Positions 13,683-25,929 are shown, counted from the first letter of the stretch. The stretch: DNA of 64,000 nt from Hormiphora californensis (GCA_020137815.1 CM035351.1:8928001-8992000); one strand, 5' to 3'. Translations and numbers: made by a program. Notes: generated by a model not told the origin, from the letters alone.

Positions 13683-13949
13683 GACACGTGAACAATATGA
13701 TGATGGGGGTGTTTTTTAAAGTTTAACTTATTAACTGGACCGTTCTTTTAAATCTGAAGTTCTTTCAACTTTTGTGAATCGGTTGTGATATCAGTGCTCT
13801 CTCTTTCAAAACACGCTCTCACCCTCTCCAATGTCCCAGTAGATCAGTTCTCTACTCAGTCATCATATATCTCTGTTATTTGCTCTTCTGAGGGCCCTCC
13901 TGGGGTACAGTTATTTACACGCTGTAATATCACAATTCTCAACCCTCTC

Positions 13950-14241
13950 TCAGATTAGGGGGAGGTGTTCAGAGCAAGACGTGTTTATATAGTTCGTGAT
14001 CCAAGCACTTTTATCAATCTGTTTATTCAGTCTTGCTAGGGTGTGTTTAGCTAGTGGTTCCGGTCTGATATCAGGCATCATCGTCATCATGTCCTCCTGG
14101 ACCTCTTGCGGAGGGGCGGGCGGGTGAGGGGCGGGCGGCGGGAGGGGTAGTTGAGCGGGATGGGGCGTCTGTGGTGGGCAGGGGGTGGTCAGCTTACACA
14201 TTGTACCTTCCATGAACGTCTTATGCCACTGCCGTATGTCC
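13950..14241 (-). CDS. Probable terminal Pro-rich exon (DIRQWHKTFMEG...WITNYINTSCSEHLPLI*) of an unassigned minus-strand gene
   Basis: Good acceptor TATTTCAG at about 14242 and an open frame to the stop at 13950. The upstream partner exon was not identified. Confidence 0.4.
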
Positions 14242-14294
14242 CTGAAATAGAAAACAGTGTGAGTGAGCACTTTCCCCTTTTCTCTCTCTCTTTA

Positions 14295-14337
<43 letters not shown>

Positions 14338-14664
14338 AACTATCTCGCTAACTCTTTCTCTTTCTCTCTCTAACTATCTCGCTAACTCTGAGAGTCTTTC
14401 TCTTACTATCTCTCTTTCTTTCTCTAGCTTTTCCTTTTCTCTGCCTTTCGCTCACACACTTTCTCAACCTGTCTCTCTATCTCTCTCTCTTTATCTGTAA
14501 CATCTATCTATATTACTCTCTCTATTTCTTTTGAGAATTGAGTTAGACTGGAGCGTGCAAGTAATTATTGTTTTTTCTCTATCTCTACCTGTCTGCTTCT
14601 TTCACCTCTCTAGCACGTACGGGTTACTTTGACTCAATACTCCTACTATTAGAAAAGCGGCATC

Positions 14665-14849
<185 letters not shown>

Positions 14850-15254
14850 CGAGTTGTGTGTAGAAGTGAGAAGTGGAGTTGTACAAAAGAAAAAGACACA
14901 ATTTGATTATGTACAAACCACGACAGGTTGGGGAAAATGAGCGAAGAAACACAAACTTGCTGAGTCAAGAGTCAACACAAACAAACAAACTTAGATCACA
15001 ATTCTAAATATCACAATTCATACTGGTTTATCTCACACTACACGCTTTAGCCACTGTTTTTAATTGTCCCTAGATCGGAGAGAATTTATCACAAACAACA
15101 CACAATTATATCAACTATGAACTATCTAAATCAGGACAATCTCTCTCTCGACCTCTTTTGAGGGTCCTTCTCTCTCACACACACACAGACATATTTTATG
15201 CGTATTACGCACACACAAACTCACACTTTTATCACACACTCACACTGACTGACG

Positions 15255-16507
15255 CTACAAGGTTCCCTGTACTTCCCCCGACACAGTCTCTTCTGACAGG
15301 TTGTTATACTGTTGCTCTTCACTCTGAGTCTGTGTACCGATCGATTGGGCCGCATCTCCCGCTGCACCGCTCACACGAGCCCTTTTCAATGCCTCAATCT
15401 CTAATCTCGTCTTCTCATTCTTCAGGTTTAGTTTCTCCTTTTTCAACACAAGAACTTCTTTTTTGAGCGCCATCATCTCCGCATCCTCCCCCATTCCCTC
15501 TCCCACTGTTACAGCTGCCAGGGGAGTGTCAATGGAGCCCCTCTTTCTCTTCTTGTTAGGGGCCTGATCCTGTCCCCCATGGTGGTTGGGATGTTCATGA
15601 AACCTCACCGTCCCATGATCACCCCCATACTGGTGCTGCTGCTGGTGAGGGTGATGGTGGTGAGGGTGGTGATGGTGATCGCTCTCACTCGTACTATGCT
15701 GTCTCAACTGCTGGGTGTGATCCGTCGTACCTCCATTAATCTGAGATATCCTGTTTGCCAACTCGGTGAATATGTTTGTCTGTATGTTGTCCATTTCCTG
15801 AAGTGTGATGTCTGCAGGGGAGGAGCTGTTCGGAGGTTGACCAGCCAGGGGTGAGGTGTTGTTGGCGAGGTTGAGGCTAGTTGTGCAGTGAGGCGAGGGA
15901 GGTAACCAAGGTGTTCTTTAACTCCGAGTTGCCCATCACCAGATCCAATACTTGGCTTTCTGTTTGTTGTTTGGGAGATGACAGAGAGGTGTGGTTCTTG
16001 ATAATGACATCCAGGAATTTACTGTTATCAAAAGAGTCCATGGTCGTCCCTGAAGGTGTCGGCTCATGAGACATTCACCACCATAGGACACAACTCAGTG
16101 TCAGAATCAGTCATGACATCCCCTGCTAGGTGTTGCTGATCGAATGTCAGGGAGTTTACCAACTCCGCACTCAGGTTCAGGTCTAAGTGGACCTGGGGGC
16201 AGGTTCAGGTTCTCTGGTCCAATGATCTGGAGACACAACAGATCCCTCTCGTGGAGTGTCTTAGTCATCTTATCATTGCCACTATTCCTGATCTTCTCCT
16301 TGACCCTCTGCTGAAGGTTGTTCCACTTCTTACACAGCTTGTTGAACACTATACTCTCTCCCTGAAGTAGCTAGGAGCACCTGCTGGATGTTCATCCAGG
16401 CGAACCCGCTTCTTATCCCGGGCACTCCGCGTGTTCTCCTTTGTCAGGATGATGGCCTTGTTTTTCTGCAGTTCCTTCAGGAAAACTGTCTCACAGGCAA
16501 TGTCCAT
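15255..16507 (-). CDS. Myb/SANT-like (MSANTD/trihelix-type) DNA-binding protein with His/Gln tract and C-terminal coiled coil
   Basis: MDIACETVFLKELQKNKAIILTKENTRSARDKKR...KKWNNLQQRVKEK; later HHHHPHHHHPHQQQ, an NLS-like KKRKR and LKKEVLVLKKEKLNLKNEK. The frame is broken across ORF-track segments, probably by sequence errors. Confidence 0.75.
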
Positions 16508-18042
16508 GGTCCTCGTGGTGGCGAGATATTAGATACACATCCACTATGGGCAGGTGATCAAGACACACAGAGGGGGCAGAGCTAGATAGGAGGGGTAGAG
16601 ATATATTATTGACACAAGGCACGGGAACACAAAACATAGAGAGAACTAGCGAGAGGAGAGAGATAGTTTGTATATTGGGGGTATATCATGTAGACAACAT
16701 TTGGTAGACAACAACTATAAAATACTAGCAAGGAGTGCCGCAAAGTAAGAAGGGAACTACAACAGTACGTGTCCAGGACAGTATCAGATACAACTATGTC
16801 ATGCACTGAACTGGGTATGGATTTAAGGCAGTATCATGGTTAACGGGGGGCAGCGCAGACAAAGCACTCGTAGAGACTTAGGATTACACAGCTAGAGAAA
16901 GAGAGAAAGAAAGAGATAAAAAGAGAGAGAAAGAGAGAGAAAGAGGGTTGGCGTGTATATATAATATGGGCTAGCACACTAAGCTAGTAGTAGTATAGAA
17001 AGTCTCTGAGTCAATAGCTCTAACGCACACAAAAGCCATGGCATTCTGCTCTGCGGACGCTTTGACGCTACCATCTCTCTTTTTCTGAGCATATAATACT
17101 ACTGTTCACGCTATGCCTTCGTTTCTCCCCCTCTCTCCACGTTCAACTTGCTCTGCAAAATTCTCTCTTTTGCACTAAATGCGGGCCAAGTAAGGTTCTA
17201 CCTTCTCAAAGTAATATATCACATCAAATCAAACCATATATGGGGGTAGTGACTGTACGTGAGGGGGAAGGAGAAAGAGATGGCTAGCTTGAGAATGAGA
17301 ATGGGAAGAATGATAGATAGAAGAAACTAGAGAATGGCATAAAGAAATGTGTAGATGAATATCAATATGCGCTAAGTAAGAAGCGCTCTCTCCCGGTACA
17401 TCACTATAGTCATTCTCTCTAGCTCTATAAACTCTTGCATCAAATCCTCGTTCTATATTTCTCTATCCCCCCCCCCTATCTGACCCCATTATTCGATGTA
17501 TCTAGATTCTCTGGATGTCAATTTCTCTAATCTACCATTTCTCTCTATCTCCCCTACTTACTCGATCTTATATAGTTCCACCCCTTTCCTAATGGTATAG
17601 AGAGAGAGAGATAGATTGAAGTAATGGATGGTACTGGGAGTGGGAGAATGAGCAAGACATACCATAATGGGGTCAAGATGAGTGGATAGAGATAGATAGA
17701 GAGAGGGATAGAGGGATAGAGATAGGGAGAGACAGATCGAAACGCAATTGTAATGCAAAAGAAAGGGTGAAAAAGAATGAGAGACTGAGAAAATAAATAA
17801 ATAGTAAGGAAAAGAGTATGGGAGAGCAAGAGAGAGGAGATGATAGTGGTAATGAGGGCATGGAGTCTGAAAAGATCCCCCTTTCACCCTCTCTTTCTCT
17901 CTCCCTCACCCTCTCTTTCTCTCTCCCTCACACTCTCTTTCTCTCTCCCTCATGCCTTACTCTCTGAAACTGACCTCTACTGCAGAGCAAGGATCTGCAA
18001 CGCAAGAAAAGTTAGGAGACAGCTCAGCTCTAGTTGAAAGGG

Positions 18043-18118
<76 letters not shown>

Positions 18119-20044
18119 CAATCACCAAGTAATGTTCTGTAGAACTTGAGCTACAAGTAAAAGAGCTAGATCGAGGAAGGAAGGGGTCTCAAGTGATTAT
18201 ATAAAGTAGAAATATATCTACTGAGAGATCAGAGAAGGCTCACACACAGACAGAAACATGTGTCAAATAGTATCTACTAGCTGTCTGCTGCACACATGTG
18301 TGTGTGTGTGTATTTACAGGGCATGCTAATTGTTAGATTTGATAAGCTTAGTAGTATGTTGCTAGCAAGCTCTGTCACACTGTTTAATGTAATTAGATAG
18401 AGAGAGAGAGAGGAAGCAGCTTAGGTAGACAACACAAATAAAAGGGATATGGGATGGGGGTATCAGGAACAAGCTTGTTCACATAATATTTAGGGGGTAG
18501 CTGCAGCACACATCGCCCCTAAAGAGACATTGAAACAAAGACTAAAGAGAGAGAGGTACAGATAGAACAAGAGTATATTGTCTCCTTCTCCTCGTCTCCC
18601 AATCGTGACAGTAGTGGTGAAGCAAATCACAAAATAATGGAGTTCCGGACAAACCTTGTTCTAGAGTGAGAGGAGTAGTGCTATCTTTCTCGCTTTGATT
18701 TTGCTATTTTCAGCCCATCAAGCAGTTTCCTAATTACATTGAGAAGTGAGAGTGAGGGAAAAGAAAAAGCGAGAGTGAGATAGAGAGAGATAATGCTAGA
18801 GATGTGTGTGTCTGTCATGCGTCGTTATTTATATTTGGACTAGCTGGGCTTTCTAACACACTTTCACTCTCTCTGTGTTCCTCTTTCTATTTCTCCCCTC
18901 TCTACTCACAGCTGTGGTGCTCTGTCTTTTCTCCCTCTCTGGGCGGGTTAATTCAAGTCTAATTAGTGTCAGAAGAAGGGAGACACGCACGGCCGCGGCG
19001 GGTAGATACTTGCCCAACGGTGGTCGTCCACCCTAGCTAGCTTGCACACTTTCACTCAGCTGGTAAAGAGAGATAGAGAGAGATAGAGACAGGGAGAGTG
19101 AGAGAGAGTGAGAGAGAACATAGAGAGATAGAGAGAGAGAGAACAGAGTGCTAGCTCCATATACCTATCTGCTAATCTACTTACTCAAACAGAGGGAGTT
19201 GAAGGAGAAAAGAGCACCCGATGTGGATTTATTCTACAAGCAGTGTCTCTCCTCTTTTTCTCTGTCTGTCTTATTGTTTGTGTTTTTCTCATCGTGAGAG
19301 AGAGACAGAGAGAGAAACAACTGTTGGCTAAACACAGAACGGCATTGATAATCTATGGCTAAAAATAAATTTCTTTTTCTCTTGACGACGGGAAAGAGAA
19401 AGCAGTCAGGCAGTTTTTCTGAGGTGCAAGAGGTCGAAATAAGGAAAGAACGAGCCGAAAAAGTGCACGGTAGACAAATTTAGGCAGCCCTTGTCCAAGT
19501 GTGCGAGAGAGAAAAAGGAGCGAGATAGAGCCATGTAGTGCTGCTTTATTTTGAGAAGTGAGAACTAAAGAAGTAGACAACATTGGAAGAGAACACGAAG
19601 GAGTCCAGTTGAGTGAGTGTTAAGATACGCAGTAGAGCTTGAGAGCTATAATAGAGTAGAGCCAGCCAAACACCTCTTTCTCCAGATCTAATGGGCTCAA
19701 TTTTAGGGTTAGAAGGACACAAAATAAAACAATTTGCCATAGTCTACTGGATATGTACCAAAATACCGCAGGCATTTTAAACATGAGGGGGTTAGTAACG
19801 CCATCAGAGGGTCTAGTGTGGTTGAAAATGGGATTTAATTTATAAACAATGTAGGAAGAAGTAGGTCTAGTAGCCAAATCAGAGTTTTAAAATAGAATCG
19901 GAATACAGGAGCTGCTGCTGGCTGAGCTGGGGAAGATAGAGAAATATCAAACTCACAAACAACTCAGTTGTTACTCAGTGTAGGCATCTGAGTCTCAAGT
20001 TTTGCGTGTTTTTCATAACCTTCTTCTTACTAACTGAAGTTCTC

Positions 20045-20129
<85 letters not shown>

Positions 20130-20246
20130 CCTTGCTTTTCTTAATTTGCCTATCAAACGACAAACGCGGTATCCCGTAAACCATGTTACTATAAAACCAC
20201 TAGAACCACTCTAGCTGGGCATATAGCCCCCATATATTGGCTCTAA

Positions 20247-23200
20247 CTACAAACCAAGCTGACTACTGCAGCAAGAGGGGGGCTAGTGTGTGAGCCCATG
20301 AGTAGAGTGACAACACTAGACTTTACCGACAAAACAGACCGATAAAACAGACCGATATTTCAAAAAGCGGTGAGCAAACTCAATCTGAATCTTTTTGATA
20401 GTACCACAGTAGATTTGTAGAGATGGTATCTCCTTCCGGCTTGATCAACAGGGACAAAATGAAATTACGGTGCTTTTATTAAACGGAACAGTTTCGATGT
20501 CACAACATCTTCATCAGCCTCAAATTAATTTGTTTAAAGTAGTGTTGAAAAGTTTTCAAACTTTTCAACACTACTTTAAAAAAATTAATTTGAGGCTGAT
20601 GAAGATGTTGTGACATCGAAACTGTTCCGTTTAATAAAAACACCGTAGTTTCATTTTGTCCCTGTAGATCAAGCCGGAAGGAGATACCATCTCTACAAAC
20701 TATTATCATGCGGCTCATAAACAATTATCCGATACTTATCCTGTGTACCACAGTAGAGTATCAAAAAGAGTCAAACTACATCGATATGATAGACAAATTA
20801 ATGGATGCTAACCTTTTGATAATTCTGTTGACTGAACTGGCCCAAAGCCTCCTTGATGAATCTCCTCCCCCTCCTTTACTGCTCACACTCTCAGGAACTG
20901 TCTCCGGTGGAGGGCGACCCTTCGTAGTGGCTGTCCGACTCCTGAAAGGGTTCATGTTATGAGCACTATTTTTATAGGGTCTCGAGCTACCTTACAGAGC
21001 TATCTGACGAGGGCCGGGCTCGAACCGACAACCTCTGGGTTACGCCAGATATTTCTCAAATTTTCCTCCCTATTTAATCCTCAACAGATCTCATTCATAA
21101 TATGATACCCCCTTACCTCTTAGCAGAGGCATGTATCCTGTGTTCCTGTGACCCGTACAGCAGATCTGTTCTAGTGGTACTGGGTCTCTGTAGCACCCTG
21201 CTGTTCTGTTGTTTCCCCGATGTTACAGAGGAACGGGATGGGGCTGAGGGGCAGTCTACCTTCCCCCGAGTGAGCATTATGGACGCCAGGGCTTTCGATC
21301 GTTGTAGTAGGATCTGGAAAGATTGTTTGACATGATTATCGTTATCAGAAGTATGAACTCACTCTCAGATATTATCAAACGCCCTTGAATGTATAGCGAC
21401 TCAAATGTCGGCAGGTGAGTAGAACTTCGCTCCTAATAAAAGGCTGCAATAAAAGGCTGCAATAAAAGGCTGCAGAAAAAGGCTGCAGAAAAAGGCTGCA
21501 ATAAAAGGCTGCAGAAAAAGGCTGCAATAAAAGGCTGCAATAAAAGGCTGCAATAAAAGGCTGCAAGGTATCACGTATCCAACCAGACTAAAGCGGGAGA
21601 TAGACCGAATCGTCCTCCCCTAATAGTGTTTCGTATCACGTATCGGCTGTAAAGAGACCGAATCACCCTCCCCTAATTATAGTGATTCGTGTCACGTATC
21701 CAACTAGACCATAGGCGATAGAGAGAGCGAGATAGAGAGCGAGTACGAGTGAGAACTGAGAGAGTGAAAAATCAGAATCACGGTGTGGTATCACGTACCA
21801 TGGTATCCTCTAATGAAAAGTGGTTACCAATTGACAATGAGACCTCATCGGTCCCGATACGTGATTCTCTACCGCTATCCCACCGCTATGTATTTTCCAT
21901 TAGTCTTTCCGTATCGATCCACGATTCAGTAGAGGTACTACTACTACTACTACTCTGAGTGCCTGGGCTATCGCAAAGCGATATCGCCGGCACTGGAGAA
22001 GAGTCCCCCCGCCCTCTCCCCTCGCATGGAACTACCATCTGGCAGGTTCACAATATAACGGGAGATTTGGAGTGGGGCTCTTCTCGGGGTTGTTCTAGTC
22101 CTGTGTGGTTATTTTTTCCAGGAACGTTTATACTTTGATCTTGAACCACAGTTTCGTCTTCGTTTTCACTTAATCTTTGATACGGGATATGTGAGACCTA
22201 TCTGTCTGATTATGTTCAATTAGGTTAGAAGGCTAAACTAGCAAGGATTTGTTCTCAGTCCACAGTTTTGTTTAGTATGTATATATTGGTGGCGGGTGGG
22301 GTGGTTCGGGGTGGGTGGAGGCTAATAGGGCTACATATTTGGTTGAAAAAGGGAGATTCTACTTGAAGGGGAGTGAGAAAAATAGGGCTAGATATTTGGT
22401 TGAAAAAGGGAGATTCTACTTGAAGGGGAGTGAGAAAAATAGGGCTAGATATTTGGTTGAAAAAGGGAGATTCTACTTGAAGGGGAGTGAGAAAAATAGG
22501 GCTAGATATTTGGTTGAAAAAGGGAGATTCTACTTGAAGGGGAGTGAGAAAAATAGGGCTAGATATTTGGTTGAAAAAGGGAGATTCTACTTGAAGGGGA
22601 GTGAGAAAAATAGGGCTAGATATTTGGTTGAAAAAGGGAGATTCTACTTGAAGGGGAGTGAGAAAAATAGGGCTAGATATTTGGTTGAAAAAGGGAGATT
22701 CTACTTGAAGGGGAGTGAGAAAAATAGGGCTAGATATTTGGTTGAAAAAGGGAGATTCTACTTGAAGGGGAGTGAGAAAAATAGGGCTAGATATTTGGTT
22801 GAAAAAGGGAGATTCTACTTGAAGGGGAGTGAGAAAAATAGGGCTAGATATTTGGTTGAAAAAGGGAGATTCTACTTGAAGGGGAGTGAGAAAAATAGGG
22901 CTAGATATTTGGTTGAAAAAGGGAGATTCTACTTGAAGGGGAGTGAGAAAAATAGGGCTAGATATTTGGTTGAAAAAGGGAGATTCTACTTGAAGGGGAG
23001 TGAGAAAAATAGGGCTAGATATTTGGTTGAAAAAGGGAGATTCTACTTGAAGGGGAGTGAGAAAAATAGGGCTAGATATTTGGTTGAAAAAGGGAGATTC
23101 TACTTGAAGGGGAGTGAGAAAAATAGGGCTAGATATTTGGTTGAAAAAGGGAGATTCTACTTGAAGGGGAGTGAGAAAAATAGGGCTAGATATTTGGTTG

Positions 23201-25257
23201 AAAAAGGGAGATTCTACTTGAAGGGGAGTGAGAAAAATAGGGCTAGATATTTGGTTGAAAAAGGGAGATTCTACTTGAAGGGGAGTGAGAAAAATAGGGC
23301 TAGATATTTGGTTGAAAAAGGGAGATTCTACTTGAAGGGGAGTGAGAAAAATAGGGCTAGATATTTGGTTGAAAAAGGGAGATTCTACTTGAAGGGGAGT
23401 GAGAAAAATAGGGGTGGAATTGGGTTGAATTCTTTTATTGACATAATACCATGTAGAACATGTGTTTAGGTACCAGATATTATCTGTATAGCCATCTTAA
23501 TTCTTGGAGCAGCAAACAGTGGCCTTCTGAATTGCTACTGTCAGTAGAGGTAGTCAGTAACTACTGAGAGTGTTGGTCTAATGAGGTAGAAAATGGCCGA
23601 AATCTCGAGTTCGCTTTTCGTGATTTTAGCACTAGAGTCCGCTTACCGATCTATTGATTGAGCGTGTAGCACAATGAGTGCTACACGCACTCACAATATG
23701 ACAGGTGAACCACCCAACCACTTGGTTCACCTATCATAGTTTCTACCTCATTAGACCAACACTTTCAGTAGTTACTGACTACCTCTACTGAATCGTGGAT
23801 CGATACGGAAAGACTAATGGAGAATACATAGCGGTGGGATAGCGGTAGAGAATCACGTATCGGGACCGATGAGGTCTCATTGTCAATTGGTAACCACTTT
23901 TCATTAGAGGATACCTTGGTACGTGATACCACACCGTGATTCTGATTTTTCACTCTCTCAGTTCTCACTCGTACTCGCTCTCTATCTCGCTCTCTCTATC
24001 GCCTATGGTCTAGTTGGATACGTGACACGAATCACTATAATTAGGAGAGGGTGATTCGGTCTCTTTACAGCCGATACGTGATACGAAACACTATTAGGGG
24101 AAGACGATTCGGTCTATCCCCCGCTTTAGTCTGGTTGGATACGTGATACCTTGCAGCCTTTTATTGCAGCCTTTTATTGCAGCCTTTTATTGCAGCCTTT
24201 TTCTGCAGCCTTTTATTGCAGCCTTTTTCTGCAGCCTTTTATTGCAGCCTTTTATTGCAGCCTTTTATTAGGAGCGAAGTTCTACTCACCTGCCCAAATG
24301 TCCTAGTTACCTTTTCGTCTCTGGTTATCGCATTTCTGAAGGCTGTTTTCTCCCTGTCGATTGAAGTGAGTGTCTTAGCAAGTCTCTTATCTTCCTTAGT
24401 GTTGTATAGCTGGGCCAGTGTCTCACTGTTCCTGTTAACCGCCCTCACATTCACCGCGGTATAACTCTGAAATAGAGCGGTGTTAGGTACTTGTAGTGGT
24501 TCTTGCCAGACACTGACTGTACAACCTCGATGCCCGGTGCGAAGAGGACGGTCTTATATGAGACAAAGTGGTTCACACAGTACTGCTGTGTACTGTGTGA
24601 GCGGTGTTAGGTACTTAGTAGTGGTTCACAGTACTGTGTACGTGTGTTTTAGTTTTACACAGCACGATATATCCTACTTGACTCAAGATGTTAACAATTT
24701 TAACTGCCAAGTATTATAGATAAACTAAGGTCGTATGCAGCAGGTGAATAGTGTGACCATGATGATACTCATCTTGTGAGATACGAACAATGCTCATTTC
24801 ATACTGCAGTTAAATTGTGTCGGTGTGAGCTGAGAGGTATGCACTATGCGCCTCAAACCGGGCATTTAATGAGCTATGTAGTACTAAGCTAATAATGTGG
24901 TGGGGCCTTGTGAAACTAGTACCTGAGCAGAATCGTCCAGCTTCACTTGTTTATGGAAGGTTTTACAGAACATTCTAGTAATATCAAAATACACAACAGT
25001 GAGACACACACAAATATATGGGAACGATAAAAGTATAATATATATTTGCCTCTGTTGAGGGAGAGAGGGTACAGTGGGAGAGAGTGATAGAACATGTTAT
25101 AGAGAGAGCGAGAATATATTAAATACCGAATTGAGAGTGAATGATGGGTAGCCATGGTAACCCCCACTTCCTATCCCCCTTGTACCTGACTAGAGGTGGA
25201 GGAGGTGTGTCTTCGAGCCCTTTGAATGACCACAGACCGGGCCCGACGAAGTAGCAT
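20247..25257 (-). CDS. Small multi-exon gene of unknown function (MLLRRARSVV...SYTAVNVRAVNRNSETLAQLYNTKEDKRLAKTLTSIDREK...ILLQRSKAL...SRRLWASSVNRIIK)
   Basis: In-frame chain of GT-AG-bounded exons at about 25257-25186, 24466-24311, 21313-21116, 20941-20812 and 20265-20247. Its introns host the elements listed below. Confidence 0.55.
20551..20594 (+). other. Ctenophore spliced-leader exon sequence, processed copy (second copy on the - strand at 20519-20555)
   Basis: AGTTTTCAAACTTTTCAACACTACTTTAAAAAAATTAATTTGAG on +, and AAACTTTTCAACACTACTTTAAACAAATTAATTTGAG on -. Matches the Hormiphora/Pleurobrachia-type SL as I recall it. It is not followed by a GT donor, so it is not an SL RNA gene. Confidence 0.8.
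20595..20632 (+). ncRNA. Minimal type I hammerhead ribozyme core (mirror copy on the - strand at 20481-20518)
   Basis: CTGATGA (20596-20602), A, stem II GATGT-tgtg-ACATC, GAAAC (20618-20622), then TGTTCCGTT and AATAAA at 20633. Confidence 0.8.
21006..21046 (-). mobile_element. tRNA-derived fragment (T-arm/B box), probably a SINE head remnant
   Basis: Minus strand GTAACCCAGAGGTT-GTCGG-TTCGAGC-CCGGC-CCTCGTC. The 5' half of the tRNA is absent. Confidence 0.55.
21938..23540 (-). mobile_element. 5'-truncated non-LTR retroposon with a (TAG)n tail, inserted in the left TIR of the Merlin-like element
   Basis: 12-bp TSD TCAGTAGAGGTA at 21926-21937 and 23541-23552; (CTA)n at 21938. The minus strand begins with a short ORF end, VAIQKATVCCSKN*. 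Confidence 0.75.
22324..23413. repeat. 19 near-identical 57-bp tandem units inside the retroposon
   Basis: Unit AATAGGGCTAGATATTTGGTTGAAAAAGGGAGATTCTACTTGAAGGGGAGTGAGAAA. Only the first unit differs (one substitution). Confidence 0.98.
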
Positions 25258-25929
25258 CTCTTGTTCTGGATCTGGTTCGTTACTTGGGCCTGGGGGCTCC
25301 TCTCCAGGGGCTACTGGGGGTGGTTCATAGTCCACTGGGAACTGCTCACCTTCCTGAATGGTATTTGCATTTTTATGGGCCTAGGTAATTAAGGAGTGAT
25401 ATCATGCATCATGTGTGCTGAGATATTGAACATATGAGATCGACCATCTCTCACATTGACGAGGGTTAGTTCACTACTTATTTACCTCAGGAAGGGTTTC
25501 TGGTTTGGAGGGTTCAGGTTTCCGATGTACAGATAGCTGAACAACCCTGTCACTTAACCGTGGTAACTGATCCTTTGGTAACATTCTAAGGGTGGTAAAT
25601 AATTGAGGGAGTGTCAGAAGATTCCCTGACCTCACCCGAAACACAAACTGTCAATTAACAAGATAGACAACGATATAACGGTACTAAATCAAATAAATTG
25701 ACAGAAGCTTTCGAGATCACTGTGTATCACGTCTTCAGCTATCAAACTGTCAAATCTTACTGTAGGCCGTGTACCTATAATACGAAAAGGGCCACGTAAG
25801 ACCAACATCTAACTGAGTACCTTCAGAGATTTCTGATTCCTAACTCAGTTTTGGGAGATTCGCATTTTCTGAGACCGTAAAATAAAAGCGTAGTTTGGTT
25901 TATCAAATTAATTCAACACACAGTAACAA

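Larger units (their letters stand above)
20414..20744. mobile_element. Palindromic retroposed insertion: two head-to-head [spliced leader + hammerhead + AATAAA] arms, Penelope-like pLTR type, with a 13-bp TSD
   Basis: Inverted arms about 20414-20555 and 20556-20700. Direct repeat GTACCACAGTAGA at 20401-20413 and 20745-20757. Confidence 0.85.
21410..24294. mobile_element. Non-autonomous DNA transposon with about 580-bp TIRs, GG termini and 8-bp TSD (Merlin-like)
   Basis: Ends GGCAGGTGAGTAGAA...TTCTACTCACCTGCC. TSD CAAATGTC at 21402-21409 and 24295-24302. Subterminal 13-bp arrays (AAAAGGCTGCAAT) in both arms. Confidence 0.85.

Noticed and set aside
20519-20594. SL RNA gene
   Set aside because: No GT donor follows ...TTTGAG and no SL intron or Sm site is visible. 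The SL is joined to foreign sequence as in a trans-spliced product.
21006-21046. Functional tRNA gene
   Set aside because: Only the 3' half (T-arm) is present.
22315-23469. 384-aa ORF of 19-aa repeats as a protein gene, or the array as CRISPR
   Set aside because: It is a by-product of a stop-free 57-bp unit, antisense within a retroposon UTR, with a GTG start. There are no unique spacers, no cas genes, and the context is eukaryotic.
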